Shown here: positions 34,201 to 44,135 of the stretch, in pieces | Position numbering within the stretch: the stretch's first letter is position 1 | How the letters are laid out: each line of letters opens with the position of its first letter | Origin: Camelus ferus | Lineage: Eukaryota | Length of the DNA: 64,000 nt | Direction: 5' to 3' | Assembly: GCF_009834535.1 (NCBI RefSeq) | Contig: NC_045708.1 | Coordinates: 22,568,001 to 22,632,000 of the forward strand | The notes under the pieces: model-generated | Seen by the model: the letters and a program-made list of their open reading frames with translations, nothing else | What the model was told of the DNA's origin: nothing | The model's database searches: none | Translations under genes and position numbers: made by a program

Positions 34201-36604
34201 TGAGACTTGAGTAGTGTAGGGATGGGTGGGCAGGGTCCTGCTGGGTGCTCCTGTAACTCAGCACTCCTTCTCCCACCAAAGGGCACGCCAAGTGTGTGGA
34301 ATTTGTGAAGAGCTTCAACCTGCCTATGCTGATGCTGGGAGGAGGTGGCTACACCATTCGTAATGTTGCACGGTGCTGGACATACGAAACAGCTGTGGCC
34401 CTGGACACAGAGATCCCAAATGGTAATAGCTCCAGGGCCAGGCTGGAGCTCTTGTGTCCTTAAGTTCATGGCCCCTTTCCCATTGGCTATACAACCTCTC
34501 CTCTTCTGACTCTGATTCTCCTGTCTGTCCTGTTATGATGTTTCAGTCCATGGCAGTCAGTTTTTCCTGAGTCCTGCAGTTGACCTGTCCCATCTCCCCC
34601 TTGCTTCTGGTCTGGACAAAATTGTCAGTGGTTATTTACAGCTCTGGAGTCTGTGCTCTGTAGGGTAACTGTGGTAGTGAGTAAGGGAGTTTTCCCAATG
34701 AGCATTGCCTAAATTTTTCTAAATGAGGGGCTTTGGCCTTCTCCTCAGTGACACACACACACACACACACTACTGGTATGGACACTGGAGACTGGCTTTA
34801 GAAAAATTAAAATCCTATAGGTACCCAAGTCTCACCCTATCTTGGAGGCATGCTTCTCTGATAGTTGGGATAAACCTACAAATGCTTTTCTCGGGGTCCC
34901 CTGGTGGCCAGGTCTCTTGACTCTCTTACCCCCCTGCCCCAATTAGAGCTTCCATACAACGACTACTTCGAATACTTTGGACCAGATTTCAAACTTCACA
35001 TCAGTCCTTCCAATATGACCAACCAGAATACAAATGAGTATCTGGAAAAGATCAAGTGAGTATACCCCACCCCACCCCCCAATTGAACATTCCAGGCTCT
35101 GCTTGATCGCTGACCAGAGCCCAGTCACCCACATGTCTACCATTGGCCACAGACAGCGACTGTTTGAGAACCTGAGAATGCTGCCCCACGCACCTGGGGT
35201 CCAAATGCAGGCCATTCCCGAGGATGCCATTCCGGAGGAGAGTGGAGACGAGGATGAAGAAGACCCTGACAAGCGCATCTCGAGTAAGACCCAGCCCCGG
35301 GGGCCTGTACCTGTGCACTCTGTAGGCAGTTCTGACTTCCCTGCTCTGTTCCTGGCTATATGCTCCCCAAGCTACCCACCTGTTGAGAAACCCAAGTTCC
35401 TGTGCCTATAGGGATAATTTAGGGAGTCCAAGGTTCCCTCCCCCTCCTTGTCTTGGTCCTTCCCTTGGTGTATTTTGGGGGAACATGTAGGAAAGCACTG
35501 GGCAGACCCTAAGATAAAGAATCTGCTCTCTAACCCATAATTAACATTACCTCCCAGTCTGCTCCTCGGACAAACGAATTGCCTGTGAGGAGGAGTTCTC
35601 TGACTCTGATGAGGAGGGAGAAGGTGGTCGCAAAAACTCTTCCAACTTTAAAAAGGCCAAGAGAGTCAAAACAGAAGATGAGAAAGAGAAAGACCCAGAA
35701 GAGAAAAAAGGTGAGTTTGGGTTGGGCCAGGACTTGGGTCTTGAGCCCCAGGCCCTGGAGCAGGAATTTATGTAGGGCACTGGGAGGAGGGAGCTGACGC
35801 AGGCCCTGCCAGCTCCTGTGGGGCTCTTCCTTGGCTCCTTCGACCTTTCAGTGGTTCCCAGAAGTGGCAGGGCCCACAAAAGAATGAAACTCAATTCGTC
35901 ATCTTCACTGGCTGATTGAGCCCTGCCAGGCTGCAGAGCCAGGGACACGCCTGGGCTTCCCGTGGTCAGAGCATGGCTCTCACATACCACCCAAGCCCTT
36001 TTCCCAGTGCTTTACCCGTTTCCCAGGGGGCTGCCTCCGCCCACCGAGTTCAGGCTCTAGCAGGCTGAGAAACTGGTCCGACCTGTTTGTTCTCTCCAGG
36101 GCTGTCTGGGAGGACCTGTGATGGGCTTTCCTCTTTTCTGTGTCCAGTGAGCTCTAATGTTGGGGAAGGGGTTTTAGGGTAAGTGGAGAGCCCACAGGCC
36201 TTTCCAGAGGGGCTGCACTCTTCAAATCCTTGCACTCTTATGTTCTAGAAGTCGCAGAAGAGGAGAAAACCAAGGAGGAGAAGCAAGAAGCCAAAGGGTG
36301 AGGAAGGAGTTGTCTGTCATCCCCCTGGCATTGGAGCACCAGCCCCTTTGTCCCACCATGCTGAGAGGGAAGGCGCAGGGACAGCTGGTCCAGTTTACAA
36401 AGGCTTCTTTCAGGGACCAGTCTGTCTCTCTCTGCAGTTCCAGGCAGAGCTAGGAAGCCCCAGCCCTCAGCAGTCACCTGGGCAGCCCGGGTCTTGTGAA
36501 AGTCTTGTACCCACTTTTGCCTCAAGGCCTCTGGGGTGGGTTGTCTCATGCCAGTCTCTGCTCTCTCTCTCCACAGGGTCAAGGAGGAGGTCAAGCTGGC
36601 CTGA
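10153..36604 (+). CDS. HDAC1: Histone deacetylase 1, complete 482 aa; join(10153..10201,16384..16496,24976..25093,29473..29547,30966..~31104,31565..31706,32784..32876,34091..34199,34282..34422,34947..35055,35153..35283,35558..35710,36249..36297,36577..36604)
   Basis: Starts [18 protein letters not shown]. Zn ligands in [10 protein letters not shown] and [13 protein letters not shown] catalytic Tyr, [14 protein letters not shown] (LxCxE-like motif and CK2 sites), VKTE/VKEE SUMO sites, ends VKEEVKLA*. Exon lengths sum to 1449 nt if the gap-hidden exon 5 is 139 bp. Confidence 0.98.
11130..12660. mobile_element. Cluster of L2 fragments (HDAC1 intron 1), including a sense L2 3' end at about 11800-11990
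   Basis: taagctccttagggaaggggatcatgtcttg...cagtgcctaactcataataagttgtgaataaatacttgctga plus flanking L2 body sequence. Confidence 0.6.
12952..13148. mobile_element. MER2/Tigger-type MITE
   Basis: Termini CAGTGGTCCCTCAGTATCC ... GATAGGGAGGGCCAAATG, flanked by TA on both sides (12950-51, 13149-50). Confidence 0.75.
14614..14846. mobile_element. MER58A (hAT-Charlie MITE)
   Basis: cagagattggcaaactttctgtaaagggg...ggcccgagggccatagtttgcctactcag; diverged 8-bp TSD gtttacag/gtctagag. Confidence 0.85.
15715..15853 (+). mobile_element. tRNA-Ala-derived camelid SINE (Vic-1-like), copy 1
   Basis: A-box tagctcaagcg, B-box-like gggttcagta, A-rich tail; TSD AAATTGT at 15707-13 and 15851-57. Confidence 0.85.
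16384..16496 (+). CDS. HDAC1: HDAC1 exon 2 (113 bp)
   Basis: ttcag|GGGATG...ATCTAT|gtgagt; [25 protein letters not shown]. Confidence 0.96.
16635..16767 (-). mobile_element. tRNA-Ala-derived camelid SINE, copy 2 (antisense)
   Basis: Reverse complement of the same head (GGGAGGGTCTGGCTCAGTGGTAGAGTGCATGCTAAGCATGCACGAGGTCCTGGGTTCAATTCCC); 10-bp TSD AGAGATCCTC at 16625-34 and 16768-77. Confidence 0.88.
16780..17590 (-). mobile_element. L2 fragment, interrupted
   Basis: aaggagcttactctagtgctggagactgac...gagcagtgctttaaagattgaatagaatttagcc...gggaggtcagttaggaggctgttcca typical of L2. Confidence 0.55.
18400..18605. mobile_element. MLT1 (MaLR) LTR fragment
   Basis: cagatttccccttaaatctcattgg...ggcttagactaatca...ctgttaacaagaagggggagaatggc resembles the MLT1 3' portion. 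Confidence 0.55.
19240..22340 (-). mobile_element. Fragmented ancient L1M LINE 3' regions
   Basis: Minus ORF 20580..20831 ([23 protein letters not shown]...[10 protein letters not shown]) is a decayed L1 ORF2 C-terminal Cys-rich domain; flanks are AT-rich L1 3'UTR-like. Confidence 0.8.
22900..23900 (-). mobile_element. L2 fragments
   Basis: caacagatatttattgagcatctgctaagtgccagg; attactctggctgtaggattgagaacagatt...ggagattgttgccatgatccaag. Confidence 0.6.
24976..25093 (+). CDS. HDAC1: HDAC1 exon 3 (118 bp)
   Basis: ctctag|CGCCCC...AGAGAT|gtaagt; [22 protein letters not shown]. Confidence 0.96.
26288..26435 (+). mobile_element. tRNA-Ala-derived camelid SINE, copy 3
   Basis: ggggagtatagctgaaatagtagagcgcatacttagcatgcatgaggtcctgggttcaatccccagaacctcc + A-rich tail. 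Confidence 0.85.
26762..26905 (+). mobile_element. tRNA-Ala-derived camelid SINE, copy 4
   Basis: gggagggtatagctcaagaggtagagcatatgcttagcttagcatgc...gggttcaatccccagtacctcc + tail; TSD GTTCTAGAG at 26753-61 and 26906-14. Confidence 0.87.
29473..29547 (+). CDS. HDAC1: HDAC1 exon 4 (75 bp)
   Basis: tttttcaag|TCAACG...CTGTGG|gtaagg; [24 protein letters not shown]. Confidence 0.95.
30966..31104 (+). CDS. HDAC1: HDAC1 exon 5, only first 6 bp visible
   Basis: cccatgcccag|CAAGTG then N-gap 30972-31143; end inferred from the orthologous 139-bp exon (carries H140/H141). Confidence 0.7.
31565..31706 (+). CDS. HDAC1: HDAC1 exon 6 (142 bp)
   Basis: cctag|GTATCA...CTACGG|gtgaga; [23 protein letters not shown]. 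Confidence 0.96.
32052..32215. mobile_element. hAT-type MITE
   Basis: Terminal inverted repeats CAAGGGTTCTTAAC / GATAAGAATCCTTG (12/14 complementary). Confidence 0.6.
32784..32876 (+). CDS. HDAC1: HDAC1 exon 7 (93 bp)
   Basis: gattag|GATATT...AAGCCG|gtaagt; [19 protein letters not shown]. Confidence 0.96.
34091..34199 (+). CDS. HDAC1: HDAC1 exon 8 (109 bp)
   Basis: tttcag|GTCATG...ATCAAAG|gtgaga; [19 protein letters not shown]. Confidence 0.96.
34282..34422 (+). CDS. HDAC1: HDAC1 exon 9 (141 bp)
   Basis: caccaaag|GGCACG...CCAAATG|gtaata; [19 protein letters not shown]. Confidence 0.95.
34751..34770. repeat. (AC)10 microsatellite
   Basis: Direct reading. Confidence 0.95.
34947..35055 (+). 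CDS. HDAC1: HDAC1 exon 10 (109 bp)
   Basis: aattag|AGCTTC...GATCAA|gtgagt; [20 protein letters not shown]. Confidence 0.96.
35153..35283 (+). CDS. HDAC1: HDAC1 exon 11 (131 bp)
   Basis: ccacag|ACAGCG...TCTCGA|gtaaga; [19 protein letters not shown]. Confidence 0.96.
35558..35710 (+). CDS. HDAC1: HDAC1 exon 12 (153 bp)
   Basis: ctcccag|TCTGCT...AAAAAAG|gtgagt; [19 protein letters not shown]. Confidence 0.96.
36249..36297 (+). CDS. HDAC1: HDAC1 exon 13 (49 bp)
   Basis: ttctag|AAGTCG...CCAAAGG|gtgagg. Confidence 0.93.
36577..36604 (+). CDS. HDAC1: HDAC1 exon 14 coding (28 bp)
   Basis: ccacag|GGTCAAGGAGGAGGTCAAGCTGGCCTGA. Confidence 0.95.
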
Positions 36605-37158
36605 ACAGACCTCTCTAGTTCTGGCTTCTTGCCAAGTTCCCCACCTTTAGCCCATAACCCCTCAGATTTTATATTTTCTATTTCTCTGTGTATTTATATA
36701 AAAATATATTAAATATAAATATCCCCAGGGACTAGACAGGAACCAGGGCCCTGAGCTCAGGGCACACTTGTTAGGTGAGCTTTTCTAGTAGCTGCCTTGC
36801 CACCCATCTCTCCCCAATTCTTAATTTTGAACCATAAAGGATGCCAGGTCTCCGTGTAAGGGATACGCTTAAGCAGCCATAGGACAAAATCTTGAAGTAC
36901 TCAGCTTTGAAAAGGTGCCCTTATTGAGCATTTTAGAAGGGGTGGCTGGGTTTCCAGGGACCCCCTGTTCTTTCCAGGCTCCTTAAGGTAACATCAGCCA
37001 TTTTTAGATTGGTTCTGTTCTCATACCTTCCTACTGGCCCCCAGTGAGCCAAGAAACTCACACTGCCTACCCTCTGTCCTCCCCCAATTCTGCAGGTGAA
37101 GATTGGTAGTCTAGTTTCCTTTTTGAGATACTATTTTCATTTTTGTGAGAATCTTTGT

Positions 37159-37164
37159 AATAAA
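37159..37164 (+). terminator. HDAC1 polyadenylation signal
   Basis: AATAAA about 555 nt after stop, followed by U/GU-rich downstream sequence. Confidence 0.85.
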
Positions 37165-37567
37165 ATGGTACATTTCTATACTCTCCTGATTTCGTCTCCT
37201 AGTAGTATCCCTGGGTTCGACAATACTTCTTTATGCTTCTGGTGTCTGTATCTCAGCAACCCCTCAACAAAAAAAAAACTCCACAAACTTACCTGTCTTA
37301 GTCCCTCCCTCAAGGTTTGAGGTTAATCAGTCTCACCCTACCCCAGAAGNNNNNNNNNNNNNNNNNNNNNNNNNNNNNNNNNNNNNNNNNNNNNNNNNNN
37401 NNNNNNNNNNNNNNNNNNNNNNNNNNNNNNNNNNNNNNNNNNNNNNNNNNNNNNNNNNNNNNNNNNNNNNNNNNNNNNNNNNNNNNNNNNNNNNNNNNNN
37501 NNNNNNNNNNNNNNNNNNNNNNNNNNNNNNNNNNNNNNNNNNNNNNNNNNNNNNNNNNNNNNNNNNN

Positions 37568-38132
37568 AATACTTGCTTACCAAGTCAAAAAAGAGACACA
37601 GTTGATTCACAAGCTGGAGGTTTGAACTTGAGTAAGACATTTATAAAAACCTAGACAGGGGCAGTGTCCACCCCAGACCAGGTGCCACTAGGCACAGCAC
37701 AAAGAGACTAAAAACTCAACAGGGAAAGGCTGGACACACAGGGTTTGGGAGTGTAGGTACCCCCACATCTGGCTCAGGGATTTGTGGAGTAAACAAAACC
37801 TACTTGGAAAAGAACTGGGGAAGAAAACCAACAATTGCCTTTTGCAGGGGTAGGGCCAGGGAAGGAGGTAGGGCCAGGGCAGGAGCATTTCACATCACTA
37901 ACCTAACTTGGGAAACTGCAAGGGACCATCTTCAACTGGCCTTAAGAGGAAGACCAGCTGGATGATGGGAGAATCCACAGGAGGGACTGGAGGAGAGGGA
38001 ACGTGGCTAGGGGGCAACAGCCCCTTCCTTTCCGGGCACAGGAAGGCAGCCAGGGCACCAGGTCCAGGCAGTGACCTCACAAGGACAGCACAGTTTTTGC
38101 AGCTTAGAGATCACCCACCTGCCCCCACCCAG
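37568..38132 (-). other. MARCKSL1: MARCKSL1 3'UTR (visible part; 3' end probably in gap 37350-37567)
   Basis: Contiguous with the MARCKSL1 stop; a minus-strand GU/U-rich element at 37265-37288 suggests cleavage in or near the gap. Confidence 0.75.
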
Positions 38133-39563
38133 CTACTCATTCTGCTCGCTTGCTTGTGTAGGGCCACTCTCCAGCCCCGAGGGAGTGGACGGCTCTGCGG
38201 CCTGGGACCCTGCCTCTTCTTCTGTGTCTCCTCCCTTGGAGGCAACGCTTGCCTCTGCCCCTTTGGCCTGGGGCTCCTGGCTCTCAGGGGTGGCAACAGC
38301 TTTCCCTTCCTGGGTAGTGCCTTCCTCGCTGCNNNNNNNNNNNNNNNNNNNNNNNNNNNNNNNNNNNNNNNNNNNNNNNNNNNNNNNNNNNNNNNNNNNN
38401 NNNNNNNNNNNNNNNNNNNNNNNNNNNNNNNNNNNNNNNNNNNNNNNNNNNNNNNNNNNNNNNNNNNNNNNNNNNNNNNNNNNNNNNNNNNNNNNNNNNN
38501 NNNNGGCTTCAGCGCCCTGGCTAGGGGGTGCTGGCTCGATGGCATCGCCAGCGGCCCCGGCTGCCTCCTCTGTTCCGTTCACCGGGGGCGACTCCCCTTC
38601 ACCTTTGGGGGATAAGTCTCCATTGCTTTTCACGTGGCCGTTCTCCTGCAAGGCGGAGGAGACAGCATTGAGGGCCGGGGCTCTTACACCCCTCCCCCAG
38701 CCCACCTCTGACCGCTTTCAGATAATGGGGTCCCGATTCATTCCGCCGCACCCCCAGAGCCTGGTAGCCGGCTCACCCCACGGCCGGCATCCCGTCAAAC
38801 ATCTCCCTCCTGCCCCGCACAGGCGCGCACAGGCCGCGGCCGGCAGGAGGCGCTGGGGTCTTGGGGCCCCCCACCCATTTCCCCTGGGGCGCGCTCTCTA
38901 TTCGGCGCAGAACCGCCCGCGACCGCGGATCCCCGCGGACGGGAGGGCGAGAAAGCCGTGCAGCCGATATTGGGCGGGAAGCCGCCCCGGGGCGCTGTTC
39001 CCCGCACCTGGACGGCCTATTTTCCCAGTCTCCTGCTTTGTGTAAACGGCCCCCCACTCACCTCAGGCTCTCCCTACACCGCGACTCCTCCCTAAAAAAA
39101 GGCTGTGGGCTATTGAGGTCGGATCTGCAGGGGGAGTGCCCTCTCCTCCGGGCACCCGCCCCGCGGCCCCTGGGCGCCCCCTTGGCGCGGACCAGCAGCG
39201 CCTTTGTTCCCCGCGCGGCACTCGGGGCGGCTGGGGGGCAGCGCCGGGGGACGGGGCCGGGAANNNNNNNNNNNNNNNNNNNNNNNNNNNNNNNNNNNNN
39301 NNNNNNNNNNNNNNNNNNNNNNNNNNNNNNNNNNNNNNNNNNNNNNNNNNNNNNNNNNNNNNNNNNNNNNNNNNNNNNNNNNNNNNNNNNNNNNNNNNNN
39401 NNNNNNNNNNNNNNNNNNNAGAAAGGGCGAGATGCGAGAGGAGGGGGCCGGCTCGGGCCATGCCGAGCGCACCCACCTGTCCGTTGGCCTTAGCGGGGGA
39501 AGCGCCTGCTGCCTCCTCGGCGGTCACGTCTCCCCGGGGAGCCTTGGAGCTCTGGCTGCCCAT
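38133..39563 (-). CDS. MARCKSL1: MARCKS-like protein 1 (MacMARCKS), about 199 aa; complement(join(38133..38645,39477..39563))
   Basis: MGSQSSKAPRGDVTAEEAAGASPAKANGQ|ENGHVKSNGDLSPKGEGESPP... with N-myristoylation motif; CAG|gtgggt donor and ttgcag|GAG acceptor; ends ASEQNE*. The basic effector domain falls in N-gap 38333-38504. Confidence 0.96.
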
Positions 39564-39779
39564 GGCGGGGGTTCTGCTGGGGGGCGCCCGGAGCCGCCCT
39601 GGGCTCGCGCCGCAGGGGATAGTTCGGTCGGGTGGGCCTGGTCGGCGGAGGGGTGGGGCTCTCGCCTGAGAGGGAGGGGTGTCGGGGGGAAACCAAGCTG
39701 CACCCCCGCTCGGCGCCCGCCCCGCTTGCCGCGCCCGCCGCCGCTCCGCTCCGCGCCAGAATGCCGCCCGCCGCCCGCC

Positions 39780-39870
39780 GAGCCGCCTATATATATGCGC
39801 CCGGAGCTTGGGGCGGGGCCGGACATTTAAATGAGCGCCCAATCGAGGGGCGGAGGCGGGCTCAGGTCGC
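39780..39870 (-). promoter_or_regulatory. MARCKSL1 core promoter (within CpG island about 38500-40350)
   Basis: TATATATA 39788-39796, GC boxes about 39811 and 39848-39860, CCAAT about 39839-39843. Confidence 0.8.
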
Positions 39871-41989
39871 GGGCCCCACTTGCGCAGTGGGCGACGCTGG
39901 CGGTCTCGTCCCCCTAGCCCACACGGCTCCCAGGGGCAGGTGGTGTCCGGTGTGGGAAAGAGAAAGGCGGGTCCTTCCGCGAGCTAGGAGGAGGGGGGGC
40001 TCCTAGAGGAAAGGGGAGGGAGCAATCGTCCCCTCCTTTCTCACCGCCCACCTCCCAGGGTGGACGCCCGAGCTCCTGCAGTGGCTCCCATCACCTTGGT
40101 CCTGCGCTGGCAGCCCCCGTCATTCTCCTAGAACTCTTCGAAGGACTCACATGCCCAGACTCGTCAGCCGGCTGGTTCCGAGTTACGCTCTAGAGAATGT
40201 GGTCATGGAAGCCGCAGGGCCGGAGCTGGGCTCTATGCCCCCTCAGGCCGACCTGTCCGAAGTCCCGCCCACGTGTCCGCCTGCCTGCCTGCCCTGTCCA
40301 GCCTGGGAGGTCTGGCCCGCCGCAGGGTCACTCTGCTCAGACTAGTGAGGCCCGTCCCTCATCCCTCTTCTTGGTCTCTTGGTGGCCTGTCAGACTAAGC
40401 CCCTACAGACAAGCTCTCACTCTCTGTCCTTCCTGCCCTCAATTTGGACCTGTTACAAACTCCCATCTGGGGTGGTCTTGTGACCTTGAGAGGCTTCTCC
40501 ATTCCCATTTGAAAGATGAGGAGCCTGAGGCTCAGGGACGTGGACATAACCTGTCTGACTTTGGTGCTCTCCCATCACATCTGCTCCCCTACATCAGGAT
40601 TCCCCTCAAGCAGGCAGAGGAAGCCCAAGACGGGGCTCAATAAACCTTAGAGCACCCAGTTCCTGAAGAGGAGGGCCCTTGGATAGTCCCTTGAAGACAG
40701 CCCCCAAGGTTGTCCAGCCTTGCCTTCAGCTCTGCCCGAGTGAGGGACCCTGGAGGCTGGGCAGGATGGCAGTGGCTGGAGACTCTCCAGCTAGAGTCTT
40801 CTACACTCCTCCTTGTCCTAGGCCAGGGGGAACCCCAGAGTCCAGGCCAACCCCGGATGTGTGTGTCCGACTGCCTGCCTGCCTGCCCTCAGCCCCCAGG
40901 AAGAAGGGGGTGGGGGTTGGAGGAAGCAAAGTATTGCAAAAGCAGGGCTGTGCCCTGGCCAGCTCAGCATGTCTCTCCCTCATGCCCTCCCTCCAAGTAA
41001 AGCCTCCTGGGAGGCCTGAGGCTGTGAGGTGTGGAGACACCTTAGGGCCTGAGAAATCAGGAACTCCCACAGATCTGACCACATAGGGCCAGGGAGGGCT
41101 GAAGTGGCTTCTACATTCAGTACTCACTCCTGTAGCCTCCAACCCCAACACCGCTCTGAGACTACAGAATGCTCTCAGCTTCATTGGCACCCCTCATTTT
41201 ACAGACTGGAACACTGAGGTTCAGAAAGGGAAAGTGACATGTCCAAGGGCACACAGCAGATACCAGTAGCTGAGGGTGAGAAAGCATTTGGAGAGAACAG
41301 CTAAAAGGGGGTGGGGGCTGTAAGGAAAGCCTTGGAAGAACTCTCCATTGAGATCTGGGGCTGCCAGGTCAGAGTGGGAGGCAAGAGGAGCTAGCTTTTA
41401 GGACAGGGAGGGGCATCATGCCCCACTGTAGTTTACTGACAGGACAATGACTTCTCCACCCACTGCCACTCGGGGATGGACATCATGACCCGAGTCTCTG
41501 TCTTGGCCACAATAAGAAACCCACAATGCTGCCAGGCGCTGCCCGCACCGGTTGGCAGGGCTCAGATGGAGGGCGTGTGAGTCCTGGAGGGGTTGGAGTC
41601 AGAGGTTAAGAGCTGCTCCCAAGACTCCCATTACCAGGCACTGCCCTGTGGGGATAAGAGGTAGATCACCCAGATGATCCCAGGAAGAGAGGAGCATCAG
41701 GGCTAAAGGACCCCGAGTCCCCAGAGCCCCAGAGGGAGCCTGGTTGTGGACCAGGGGGGAACCCCTGCATCTCCCAGCAGACATCAAAGGATGCTGGGGA
41801 GGGGGCGCTTGAGAGTTGCATCCCTCAGCAAATCCAGGCCCTAGCTGAACCCAGCTTCTGGAAGAGGGAAGAGGCTTAGGATGCTGTGGGGGTGAGTGGG
41901 GGTGGTTCAGCAGCCCCCATGGCCTCCTCCGTCCACACTGCGCTCCTTCCTCCCCAGCTGCTGCCAGCCTAGACAATGTGCCCATTGTT

Positions 41990-42390
41990 CTGTGTCTCCA
42001 GGGGCCTGTGTGCAACTGTGTGCGTCTGTTTCTCTCTGTGTGTGGCTGTGTATTGCTCTGTATATGTCTGTGTGTGAGAGAGACTTTGTGACCGCGCGCG
42101 TGTGTGTGTGACCAGGTGTGTAGTTTTGCGGTTGTGTGAGTCTGCGTCTTTGTTTGGCTATGTGTGTTCAGGGTGTGAGACAGAGAGAGAGAGACGCTTG
42201 GTGACTCTCTGAGACTTTCTGGGTGTGTGCCTGTCTGTCCTTGACATTGTGTTGGTGACTGTGTCTGACTGTGATTGGGTGTGTAGCTCTGAGTGTGCAT
42301 GTAGCTGTGTGAAAGAATATCTGAGTGTGTGGATGAGGGAGTGGCTACTTTGTGTTTGTGTGAGTGTCCCTGTGGGGGGCTGTGTGTGCC
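41990..42390. repeat. Degenerate TG-rich low-complexity tract
   Basis: About 400 bp of interrupted (TG)n/(AG)n. Confidence 0.8.
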
Positions 42391-43974
42391 TCAGCAGGTC
42401 AGGACCTTTGAGATATGAGCTTTTGCCAAGACAGAGTGGCAGGGAAGGGAGGAATGGGGAAGACAGGGGACTCTGGGATGGAAGGGAAGCTGCAGAGACT
42501 AGAAACCCCATGTTTTCACACATCTCTCATCTGTCTCAGTTATCTGGTAAAAGCTCACACCTTAGTCCTGGCCTGAGATGCTCCCAGCCCCCATGGACAG
42601 AAGGGAATGGGACCCTGGGAGAGCACAGGGTGGGGCTGAAGGAGGAAGGAGAGCAGAAGAGAACATTGCCCCATAAAGAAGGTTGTGGGGGCACTTTGAG
42701 GCCTCTGAGGAGGGCTCGGGTGGGGATCCGATTAGATGCTACGTGAGGCGTGAGTGGCAGTATCTTGCCAGAGATGGAGGATGGGCCTTCCTGGTTGGAG
42801 GGTGGGTGTGGGGAGGGCCCAGCATACACAAAAGCCGGTGGAGGGAAGAGACACCAGAGAATGGCTGGGTCCCAGTGGAGGCCTCAGGAATGGTGACTTG
42901 GCACACACAGCCCAGTTCTCCTTCCGTGGAGCATCAGCTGGAGCCAGAGACCTTATGCTAGCCCTAGGTCTGCCTCCGCCTGCTCTGTAACGGTAAGCCA
43001 GTCTTTTCTCCTCTTGGGCCTCAGTTTACTCATCTGCACAGTGACAGCTTGGCCTCTGTGATTCATACTCACAGAGAATGGAGTTCCTCCTTCTGTTCCT
43101 ACATGGCAGAGTATCAGCTGTGAGTCACACAGGGCCCCTGCCCTCAGGGGTTTCCCATCCAGGGAGACTGGCAATGCCTTACCAGAGGAAGAAAGAGCCA
43201 GAGCCAGGTCAGATGAGGGGCCTGTGGGCTGCAAGGAGGAGGGACCTGTGGGTGGGCTGGGGGATGGAGGAAGAACTTAGAGCATCACAAAGGGGAACAG
43301 CAAACGGTTTGCATGAGGGTGGGGATGGAGGCAGAGGCCGAGTCTGGAGCAAGGTTTAAGGGACAGGACCCTTGGGTATGGTGACTGGCTGGATGCAGGG
43401 ATGGGGTGGGGAAGTGGGAGTGATGATGCTGTTGCCCACATTTCTGTGTTGGGTGACAGCTGGTAAGATGGACCCATGACTGAGATAGGGCATCGGAGGA
43501 AAAACAAACTTGGGAGCGAGTTGCTTGATCTAGCCTTGTTGAGTTGAGTCTGAGGCGCCCAGGGAACATCTCGGGGGACATCCAGGAGGCAGCCTGAAGT
43601 CTATACGCTTCAGCACATAGACATGTGATCGTGTTTCCTGAGCCCAAGGCCAGGACTCCAAGGCCAGGGTCTGGCTAATGACCTTAGGGACAACAGACAG
43701 AAGGTTTTAAGTCAGAACTGACCCCAGGAAATCTGGGTCTCTGTTTGTTGCTAGGAAGAGGGTAACTGAAGCCAAGCAGTACATGAGGTCACCCAGGAAG
43801 TTCTAGGAGACAGTGGGAGCTCTGCCACTGTGGGGGTTGTGGGGGACAGGCAGCAGGAGAGGGCCCCAGGAAGGGAGCCAGCAGAGATGGGGAGGAAGAA
43901 CCCTAGAGGACAGAATCATGGGGATCCTTGACTACGGGGGAGGGGGAGAGTTTTAAAAAGGTAAGAATGAGCAA

Positions 43975-44135
43975 TAGTAGTAATAATCATAGCTGCTAGC
44001 ACTGATTGCGTGCCCATTGTACGCCAAGCCCTGTGCCAACTGCTTTCCATATGTTACCTCGTGACCTAGTGAGATGTGTACCATCATTGTTCCCCTTTAC
44101 AGAGGAGGAAACTGAAGCTCAGTGAGGTGGCGTGT
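43975..44135 (-). mobile_element. MIR SINE
   Basis: cattgtacgccaagccctgtgccaactgctttccatatgttacctc...tttacagaggaggaaactgaagctcagtgagg. Confidence 0.75.
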
